Assembly (NCBI GenBank): GCA_964019425.1
Contig: OZ025787.1
Coordinates: 682,001 to 746,000 of the forward strand
Source of the DNA: Flectonema sp. DT1601
Lineage: Eukaryota
Direction: 5' to 3'
DNA: 64,000 bases
In this document: positions 56,001 through 64,000 of the stretch, in pieces
How the letters are laid out: each line of letters starts with the position of its first letter
Numbering within the stretch: the first letter of the stretch is position 1
Translations under genes and position numbers: made by a program
The notes under the pieces: model-generated
Told to the model about the DNA's origin: nothing
What the model saw: the letters and a program-made list of their open reading frames with translations, nothing else
Databases searched by the model: none

Positions 56001-59000
56001 AATAAAACTGACTGATGACAAGTCAGTATCAACAAACTCATTACAATAGTGAGAAGTCGAACACTCGAGTGATATTGTTATTAAAGTCTCAACAGAACTA
56101 TAACGGATTAGAACTGACGATGATTTGATTGTTGACGAGAATTGAATTCGAATTCCTGAGATGTCAAGAAATGAAAAACTAATAACATTAATCTCATCTG
56201 ACAGCAACAACCATCCCATTTCAGTTGCAGTAGCAGTCTCAACGATTCCTCCAGAGAGAGATTCAGATCCAATGACGTCAATCAAAAACGAGTTGTAAAA
56301 ACTTCGATAATCGAAATTGCCATCAGAAAAAGATAGTTTCAACATACCACTCGGAACAATCGGACTATCAATTTCATCGTGTGAAAAAGTAATTTTATTT
56401 ACGTAAATATTCTGATCTCCAATAGGCTGAATTACTATCCTATCAAACGATTCTTTAATTCGAATAGTAGCGGCAAATAGAAAACCAAATATTGTTGAAT
56501 TCCTTGAGACGAGTTTAACGTCAATAGTTTTATCAGATTCTGATAATTTGAATAAAACAATAAGTTTAACATCTATTGCAGATTCTCCCCAAATGGTCAT
56601 TCTAATATCTTTAAATTCTAAGTATGAAAATGATAATACTTTTGAACTAGAAATCAACCAGCTGTTCGAAGACGCTGCTCCTTCTAATAAAGTTACCGTC
56701 TCTAAACCATCCCCTAGTGAGTTGACATACTGCTCCTTGAAATCATTTTTCTGGAAGGAACTGAGACCCTCAAAATCAATAGCATGCGGAGAGTCACTAG
56801 GAAGTCTCAAAGAATTATCAAACGAATAAAACAGGTCATCGACGTACAGTACAGGTGATACTTCACTATTTGAGGATATTGTCACTTCATTCATACCAAT
56901 TTCATATTCGTATGGAGTTACGTAACTCGACAGGACGAATGTTGCACAGAAGCCAATCCAGTCAAAGAAACCAACATCACAAGGGACTTCAAGTGTTTTA
57001 TGTTCAAAAACTGGATTTAGAACATCATAAGGACGTCTAATTCCTGAGACACTTACGTCTGCGAAGAAGTTGCTAGCGACAGTAAGACGGACTCTTCTCA
57101 CGTACATCCGAGAAGATGGAAGAGGACTTGAGAGACCGAATACAATACTACCACCTGTGAAGGTCCAAGAGTTCGTACCATCATATCGACCAGTCTCACC
57201 GATAGCGATAGTGGTTGGAGATATCGTTAGTAAGACTCCCAATAGATAATCATTTTTAAAGATATCATTATTAAAGTCAACTCTGTAAACACCTGCAATC
57301 CAATTGATCGAATTATCTCCGAACGATATGATCACATCATCGACGTAAATAGAAGAAACATCTACAGTCACAGACACCTCATCAAATACTGTATTAGATA
57401 TGTGTGCAATTGAGCAGAACACTTCATGTAGAGAACCTCCACCACAATCACAGCAAACTTCTGTTGCAATATAAATATTTCTTTTTGACTCGTCATCTCC
57501 TTGAGTGACGCATCTGTTTATAAAAGAGTACCAATGGCAATCGTTACCTGATGAGTCAACCCAGTCAGGATCTAAGTCTGTGCATGTTTGTCCATTCGTA
57601 TTACAGATGTAGCCGGTTGTTTCATCGACTTCAACCTCTGATACGAGACTTTGTTCTAAGTACGTTCTGATAGTTGCGTTGTATGAATTCATTAACGATC
57701 CGATTGTAAATCTGATACTTCTCGCAGGGAATAATGGTATTAATGTTAACATACTCGAATTAGAAACAAAAAGAGAAAATGAATTATCAAACGACTGCTC
57801 CTGTACCGAAGAACCTTCCCAAGAGTACAAGAAGTCTTGTATGTAAGAATGTTTATTATCCGTGGAGATGTCATCGAATGTATACAAATAACTCTGAGTA
57901 AATCTAAGAGAAGTCTCATCAAAAGAGTACGAAATATAATCAATATAAGCACCCTCACTGAAGTACTCGACTTCAATACGATCTGATAGTGTATTCTCCC
58001 TAGAGAAGAATGCACAATACTGCTCGTTTACTTTAGGACCAGAATGCTGATCTACATAAAGTAATTCATGATCTCTTAAGAGCATCGTAATAAAAACTGA
58101 TTGGTCTACTCCGCAGACTCTAAATTGAATATTAGTAATAATGTTGTTGTAGAACCATAATAATAATTTATTCCCTTCAGTTGGTATCAATAATGCTGGT
58201 GAGTCATCGTTTCCTAACACTATGTCTGTTGATCCTTTGATGAAAAGAGGAGAGACTTGTGAGTTCGAGAACTCGCCTACACCAACACCGAATTGGTTAA
58301 AGTCTTCTTCTAAGACACCAATTGGGACTATCGTCATGTTGGAATCAAATGTGTACGACATTTCAGTCAGTAGAATAGTTCCCAGGGAAAGAATAGTATT
58401 GATAGTGAGTGATGTGAAGACCTCATCATTTTGATAAAGAAGTTCAGAGCAATAACGAGAAGGAGTTACTGAGCAGGGTATATTAATTAACAGTCGAATA
58501 CTAACATTTGTATTACTAAAGTGATTTAGAATCACATCTACTTCTGTAATCTCATCAGCTGTGAATTGCATTTGAAGACCAGAAACCTCTTTGAAAGAGA
58601 ACGCAATACTGGTAGTCCCCAGGGCTGTAACATCCCATCCATAAACTGGTACCACAACACCGTTCATCACATCCAACACGTTGTGTGCGAATGTTCTCGA
58701 ATTCGAAGACGGAGGTGAAGCTCCAAAGTGATTTATAAGATATGAGTCTGTACTGAAAAGTGTGTTTCCAAAACTCTCTTCGACATCGGCAAATGAAATT
58801 GTCAGAATTCCAGTTGGGACAACACTTGAACTATCATATGAGAATGAAAATTCATCGATAAAGAAATCAGACTGGGAATCGAACTGGAGAAACTCGAAAT
58901 TTTCCTCAAGCTCGAGTTGGAAACCAAACATACCAAACATTGGTTTCGGTGTCATAATTGTGGACTCTGACTGTGAACCTTCCGTTGCTATGATTGTGAT

Positions 59001-62000
59001 GGGATTTTGTTCTTCACTCCAAATTGTGATTCGGAAGTTGGTAACTGACAGCCAACTAAATGAGATTGTTTCATTTCTTATTTTCCACATCACCGTTCCA
59101 ATAGTCGGGTGAACTTCTAAGGAATCTCTCGCTCCCAGTTTGCTGATAAAATAATTATCGCTGTAAACATTTGGAGGAAATGGACTTTCGAGATCTTCAA
59201 AATTCACATGAAATGTACCCACGGTAGATCCAACATCAACTGACTTAAAACTATAACTGAGATCATCTAAATAAAAGTAATCCACGTCACCAGATATTCT
59301 GGTGATCGAAATCTGTTCAACGTTTTTGATTGAAATCCTTGCGCAATATCTATCACTGAACTTAAGCACATCACAAACAGAGGATGTTGCTAATTGCTGT
59401 TCTGGATATGTGCTGGCCCCTATCTGTCCAGATAAACTTAACTGCAAAGGAACTGAAGATGAAATGATTGCGGTCACATATCTGGCAGCCATTAGGACGT
59501 TTTTTCCACTTGCAACTTGACCAAACTTAATCGAAAATCCCACACTGGAATTCCAAGCCACTGATCCATGATAACCTTCTCCCGTGTCCTGAGGACCTTC
59601 TCCTAACTGAAGGATAAAGTTGTCACTGAAGGCATCGGAGTCAAATGTTTTTCCTCCAAAATCGTTGAAATCGATAAAATATCTTTCTGAAGGGTTCACT
59701 GAACTACCATCAAAAGAATAAATAAAATTATCAATCGATAAATGCTTCTGAGGTGACTGCTGAATTATGAACAACTCCTGCACACTTTCACTAACAGAGA
59801 TATCAATACAGTAAACTGTTCGAGTAGTACCTCCATTGCAAGAACAACAAGCTTCAGAAGCTGTGAATGAGTTGCGATACTCATCAGAGTTTCGAACCAA
59901 ACAAAGTTCTGAGTTGTACATATCACAGTTCATTCCAACGGAGTCTACCCAGGTTGTGTTATCGTTGTTTGTTAAATCTGAACATTCAATTAAAGTATTC
60001 TTTACAACAGAACTCCATCCACACTCATAACTATCTTCTGATGATGAATACACTCTTGGTGTCATCGTGGAATGATCATCTGCTGAGATATTAACAAAGA
60101 AAGGAATCTCAGGACTGGACACAACAAATTGCATTGCAGTAATAGGAATGAAGATCATCTTTATATCACCATCCACTGTCGAGTCAATTCCAACTGACTT
60201 CGTATTATCAAACGAGTAGTTTGATAAGTATGGAATCCAATTAAAAACTATTCCATTCTCAAAGTTGGGATTTTTTTCATCGAAATCCAATTCAAGTTTT
60301 CCAGTCGGAACTACCTCAGTAATAAAGTCAAAGCTGTACACCAAATTACTAACGACTGCCGTCCCATTTGGCGACGATATTATTATTTTATCTATTCCGT
60401 GATTCAATTCCTTATGTGAGAATGCATAAGTGTGACAGCGCATTGAAGCCGCTTTTGAACACCAAACTGTAGGCGTTATTGATGAATTAGCGTGCGGGTA
60501 ATCTTTAAAATATGAAAAAACAGTAAAACTTGTTCCCGTCGTTGACACAGTAAACCGAATAGAAGAAACAGTGTAATCATTAAATGTAATAATAGTCCTA
60601 CTTCCTGTTGATATGTGTAATCCAAGTGAATCATCGTAAGTAGCGGCTATGGATCTTGATTCGGTAAATTGAATAGTGTTCTTATTAATTAATGTGTTTG
60701 GTAAGATACCCTCCACGTGATGTTCGTTAAAATCAAATGAAAACAACCCAACTGGAACAATATCACTGCCAGTGTAAGAGAACCAAACACCCGTCACAAA
60801 AACCTTTGATGTCGTAGTGATTCGCAGCATGGTCACTCCAGGAATTCCACTCACTAGTAGTTCACCACAATAATGTGATGAAAAACATGCTGTAACAACT
60901 GGTACTACTACAGAGTAAGTCGCATAATGAACTGTGACACTCGCACCTCCCTCTGTTGAGGACAGGGCTATCTTAAATCCAGTGATGTCAATAAAATTAA
61001 ATGAAATTACATTCAGATTAGAATCACTCAACTGCCAACCCTTATCAGTTGGGGTAGCTTGTTGAACAGTTCCACCTGTTAATAAGAATTCTTCTAATTC
61101 ACCGATGATGTTAATGGCAAAGTTTTCATAGAAGATTCCGCTACTAAACAAACCTACTTCATTAAACTTGATATGAAGTAGTCCAACAGGAAGGACATCT
61201 GATCCATCAAACGAATAATGAAAATTACTAACGTACACAAGGACTTCAGGGGAGATTCTAATAGCGTCAAACAGATATCCATTCGCTTGTAGAGTGTAAG
61301 CATAGTTAGGTCCGTCAAATACATCGTTATCCTATTTAAGTAGTTGCGTTTTCTTTTTTTTTTTTTTTTTTTTTTGTAACTGAACAATGTAAGAAATAAA
61401 ACCATACCCGCTCAATAAGATTCACTGTGACGCTGTACACTTCGATAGTTCCTTGCATCATAGAAAAGGAAACAGCAACAGCTGCATCTGCCCAAAGGGT
61501 TATTCGAAAATTAGAAACCATCATATAACAAAAGGATATCACTGTAGGTGATTGGACTGACCACACGCCTCCCTTGTTTCCTTGGTTACTAACCATTTCA
61601 GATTCAGAACCGATGCTACATAAATAATTATGAAAGAAGTCAAACTGTTGGTCTCCTAATCGTGAGATGGCGAATTCAACTGACAGATGACCATCAGGAA
61701 GAACAAGTGAATCATCAAATGAATAAGACACGTCATGAACGTAAACCGATCCTATTCCGTTAGTATGAAATCCAACAGATTCAACTGCATCAGAAATAAT
61801 AATCGTCGCACACTCACCACCTTCAGGATGATCAATAGAACAGAGTGCTCGAAATGATATCAAATCATTAAAGGTTTTGGTATTTGGACGTGATTGAATC
61901 CATTTCCCTAAATATAATGCAGCCACTGATAAGCTTCTTACAGTTAACCTAACTCTTCTTGCAATCCACGGTACTTGAATATAGAAAGAAGCATCCTTGA

Positions 62001-64000
62001 CTGATATACCAAAGTTTATAACACCACTTTGTGTTACCCAAGCATTAGTTCCATCTGCTGCTATTCCGAGTTCGAATGATGAATCAAAGAGAACATACGA
62101 GTCTACGAGAGATGAATAGACTAAGGAGGAAGGCATTCCTTTGAATCTTAAAAAAACTGCATCCACTGGAGGACCATTTTGTGGAATAAAATTATACACC
62201 ATATTATCAACGTAGATGATATCATTTGATGTTATTCTTATCTCAGGTAATGATTTAGATAAGACAGTTATCGAAACACAGTAGACGTTTGGACTACTTC
62301 CTGCTCCGCAATCACAACAGGCTTCAGTTGCGATGTACGTTTTTCGATTAGATTCTTCTAATCCTTCAATAAAACATTGATTATTATCTAAATAGTAATA
62401 ACAATCATCACCGTGAATATCCTTCCAAGGTTCGTCTCCATCTCTTAAGTCAGAACATGGAACGTATTTGGGTTTCGTAACAATGAAACCTCCGCAGACG
62501 AATGAATCTGTTTCCGTATATAAATTAGATTCAAATTCGAAAGAGAATGATTTATTGAATGAGAAGACAACAAACGATAAATCAGAAATATATCCATATT
62601 TTGGAAGTATTAAAACATCAGTACCTTCAGTAGAAAAACTATACTCATCCACGGCGTATGAAAACGGCGCGACCGTTCCCATCTTTTTGACGATGTTTTG
62701 TTCGTCAAAAACAGTCGACGGATTGAATTCTAAGAATTGACGATAAGCGACAATTGGATTACTTCCATCAAATGAGAAAGTAATTTCTTCAACAAACCAC
62801 GGCCCACCAACAGCTTTAATTGTGAAACTTGTAATCTCATTTGGGTTATCAACACTCAAGTATGAAACTCCTTCTCCGATATTTGATTCGCAATCTGATG
62901 ATGACCACGATTGTTGAGATATTACTTTACCGCGGAAAAGTGTAGTCAAATCAAAAGTAGAAAACGGACTGACAGTTGTGGCGTAGAATCTCAGGTTACT
63001 TACAGGTGCACTAATCGGACCAAAAGTAAACTGAACAGTCTCACCGTCAGCTATCAACAACGAAAGGGTTCCCGTTGCTTCAGATGCTTCAATCCTACAG
63101 CTACTGACGAAGATCTTCCCACCATCAACAGGCTCTTCAACATTAGAACCCGATGCGAGTTCTTGCCCTTCTTCGTAAGAAGTAAAAACAACAGTTTGAA
63201 GACCCGAAGGTCTTAAAACTGTATCATCAAAGGTATAGTACATCTCACTGAGCACAACTGTTTCTGTTGACTCCAATGTAAAGTAAGTAATTCCAACGGA
63301 TATGTAAAGTTCTGCACAATAAAAGCCTCCAGAACTTCCACAAGTACTAAGAAGATCTATTTGGTGGACTACTGTTTCAGAATCATCACTGTAAGCAGTT
63401 AGTGTCACAAAGGACTCAACTGTGCTCACTAGAACGATGAAAAGCTCTTTGATGGAAATAAAATTAAACGACACCCCTGAAACTATTGTTGGAGGCAATT
63501 CCCAACCAAATAAATTATCGAAAACAGCAACAACATTCTGAGGAACTCCAACTTTACCAACAGAGAATATCATGTGACTGTTATAAAAGTCTTTTGGATC
63601 AAAGCTACCCACTTCAGTAAATAATAATCGTTGAATTCCATTAGAAACTACCGAGGGAACGGTAAACGAGTATTTCAAACTATCAACAAATACAGTACCT
63701 GACTCCACAGACATTGTTAACCAGGTGATGTCATCAGTTAGATATGCGTAGTAAAACAAGTTGGGGGCCCACTTGGCTTGATGAAGAACAAAGTTTTCAT
63801 TATTCACTATAACTGTTGCTGGTGATGTGCTTGTGAAGATTACTCGCAGATTCAGTACAGTCAGATATGAAAAGCAGATGTCGTACTCTTCCTCACCTCC
63901 GAGTTTCCACTTACCATCTAAAATAACCCCACCTGATGAGGCTATTGCAAACTGATTAATGTAGTCGGAGTTGAAATTATTTGGAGGCGGGCCGTCAGGC
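1620..64000 (-). CDS. Giant multi-exon gene, 5'-truncated: join(complement 63999-61408, 61331-6672, 6596-6532, 6467-5186, 5072-1620); at least 20,683 aa; multi-pass membrane protein with a huge repetitive Cys-rich ectodomain
   Basis: Four same-strand ORFs are joined in frame by four GTATG...AG introns. The frame stays open from 63999 (PDGPPPNNFNSDY...) with no stop, so the start codon is outside the window. Codon count is 864+18220+449+1150, plus the TAG stop at 1622-1620. The domain pattern continues across the junctions. Confidence 0.92.
1663..1795 (-). repeat. Duplicated tail motif HDWSPP(I/L)SPSC
   Basis: Two copies visible at both DNA and protein level, plus a third partial YSPPLSP near 1922-1945. 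Confidence 0.85.
2394..2429 (-). other. Canonical EF-hand loop
   Basis: DKDGDGNMSCQE has D1, D3, D5, G6 and E12, and is flanked by helical segments just after the last TM helix. Confidence 0.8.
3178..3293 (-). other. B-box-type zinc finger
   Basis: CDLCNKDFAVWYCAHHDKFYCEACDKGIHSHGEAANHIR fits Cx2Cx8Cx7Cx2Cx4Hx7H. Confidence 0.85.
5073..5185 (-). other. Intron 4, 113 nt, phase 0, GT-AG
   Basis: CTG|GTATGT...GCTGAC...TTCCAACAG|GCT. Splicing gives FNAWML-APVCVIVVPGVILAL, a complete TM helix. Confidence 0.9.
5186..6467 (-). CDS. Exon D: last Ig-like module, juxtamembrane Cys-rich domain, TM1-TM2
   Basis: CGECEAGLQCNG...GYWR...CNEGHTGPFCSLC...GY...CVAC followed by hydrophobic YIMIAIICLALIIIVLILVAV. 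Confidence 0.9.
6468..6531 (-). other. Intron 3, 64 nt, phase 2, GT-AG with CTAAC branch-point motif
   Basis: CA|GTATGT...AAACTAACAAACAG|GTTTCAT. The spliced CA+G forms Gln, followed in frame by FHVTVGSAHHLGW. Confidence 0.88.
6532..6596 (-). CDS. Exon C: 65-nt mini-exon (LPYVDSWKCAVGSAFGYRHIQ + CA)
   Basis: Bounded by AACAG and GTATGT. It restores the frame between exon B and exon D. Confidence 0.85.
6597..6671 (-). other. Intron 2, 75 nt, phase 0, GT-AG
   Basis: GGA|GTATGT...CAATAAACAG|CTA. It is AT-rich and contains the TGA that ends the long ORF. Confidence 0.88.
6672..61331 (-). CDS. Exon B: 54,660-nt uninterrupted coding exon (18,220 codons)
   Basis: The 18,200-aa ORF in the track, extended to the acceptor at 61331 and trimmed at the donor at 6671. 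There is no stop in frame. Confidence 0.9.
6780..10925 (-). other. Alternating IPT/TIG-like and bacterial-Ig-like domains (membrane-proximal stalk)
   Basis: IVSVTPT...VELTGYGF; VITVSGSGF...CRIN...CLQP...VELTMDGQ; LSWIEP...LTIKGWEF...TLECDLP; GDPFSLEFATRP...TQPVFKLMDRAGN; GLPNKVRF...TQPSFIMLDISDN. Confidence 0.65.
12500..13400 (-). other. Laminin-type EGF repeat cluster (others at about 14390-14560, 17620-18310, 20190-20560)
   Basis: Repeated CxxxGxC...CxC...GYWxGxxCxxC motifs. Confidence 0.8.
25460..25760 (-). other. PAN/Apple-like domain (a second candidate lies at about 22600-22890)
   Basis: ECLDYCQMDGGCVAFEV...CTIY matches the CxxxCxxxxxCxxFxx...C pattern. Confidence 0.65.
25925..26250 (-). 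other. Two Cys-rich CDDxxxxTxNDxCxxGxCxG repeats
   Basis: CDDSSISTANDRCLSGECIG and CDDQNSATKNDRCLFGLCVG. Confidence 0.75.
26271..26725 (-). other. Four ephrin-receptor-like (GCC2/GCC3-type) Cys-rich repeats
   Basis: CxxCPxGTxS pattern: CESCPEGTFS, CTTCPPGEIS, CTPCPSGTTS, CVNCLSHQTS. Confidence 0.7.
27198..27830 (-). other. Four calcium-binding-EGF-like repeats
   Basis: DEC...C...QxCxD...GD(W/F)xCxC repeated, for example DECVTFSNICQEQLCSDSNTAVTNLGDWYCVCPEGFTG. Confidence 0.75.
37692..54463. repeat. Near-perfect coding tandem array, period 2454 bp (818 aa), about 6.8 copies
   Basis: Identical ORF translations in several frames recur every 2454 bp (37817, 40271, 42725, 45179, 47633, 50087, 52541). 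Identity starts at about 37692 and breaks at 54464. Confidence 0.98.
37850..38012 (-). other. Six-Cys module CxDx(6-8)WxDxxGxxCxxYx(4-5)C...RNxFxAxEACCxCxxG (example copy; 12 in window)
   Basis: Copies near 62300-62460, 59830-59990, 57440-57585, 55010-55165, seven in the array, and 33005-33160. Confidence 0.9.
61332..61407 (-). other. Intron 1, 76 nt, phase 0, GT-AG, contains A22 on the sense strand
   Basis: CGG|GTATGG...CTTAAATAG|GAT. Splicing removes the in-frame TAA and gives ...NLIER-DNDVFDGPNYAYTLQANGYLFDAIRISPEVLVYVSNFHYSFDG, which completes a repeat domain. Confidence 0.92.
61408..64000 (-). CDS. Exon A (partial): diverged super-repeat unit with beta-sandwich domains and a Cys module
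   Basis: Open frame 63999-61408 ends ...VNLIER just before the GTATGG donor. It carries the same xxVDDxxYSFD and EACCxC motifs as the main exon. Confidence 0.9.

Larger units (their letters stand above)
28310..64000 (-). repeat. Protein-level super-repeat region: about 15 units of ~800-820 aa, each with five ~150-aa beta-sandwich (CBM/galactose-binding-like) domains; about 74 domains
   Basis: A recurrent domain-end motif (I/V)x(V/I)DDxxYSFDGxxxxPxG is followed by xxx(D/N)F, with a mid-domain Trp, FRVT strand and C-x(4-9)-(Y/F)C hairpin. The count was made by eye. Confidence 0.8.

Noticed and set aside
6636..61238. Giant PKS/NRPS or titin-like muscle protein as the identity of the long ORF
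   Set aside because: No KS, AT, ACP, adenylation, kinase or PEVK motifs are seen. The content is disulfide-rich and of extracellular type.
61336..61405. Poly-Lys C-terminus (TKKKKKKKENATT) and the 83-aa ORF 61154-61405
   Set aside because: Both are translations of the intronic A22 tract.

Overview
This is eukaryotic (protist-like) DNA. Almost the whole window is one giant minus-strand gene whose 5' end lies beyond position 64000. The four large ORFs in the track are joined in frame by four short canonical GT-AG introns (61407-61332, 6671-6597, 6531-6468, 5185-5073), which also reveal a 65-nt mini-exon the ORF track misses. The visible spliced CDS encodes 20,683 aa (about 2.2 MDa), and one uninterrupted coding exon is 54,660 nt. 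The product reads as a giant surface receptor or adhesin. From the N-terminus it has about 74 CBM/jelly-roll-like beta-sandwich domains arranged in ~820-aa five-domain super-repeats, about 6.8 of which are essentially identical GC-rich 2454-bp copies. Next comes a mosaic of EGF, SEA-like, ephrin-receptor-like Cys-rich, PAN, ShK-like, bacterial-type, beta-propeller, laminin-EGF, IPT/TIG and Ig-like modules. It ends in a ~9-pass membrane domain with a B-box zinc finger in a large loop, an EF-hand and a Ser/Pro-rich tail. Positions 1-1619 are 3' flank/intergenic DNA with no identifiable gene. All domain names are by-eye motif recognition, not search results. A diplonemid/euglenozoan-like host is only a tentative guess.
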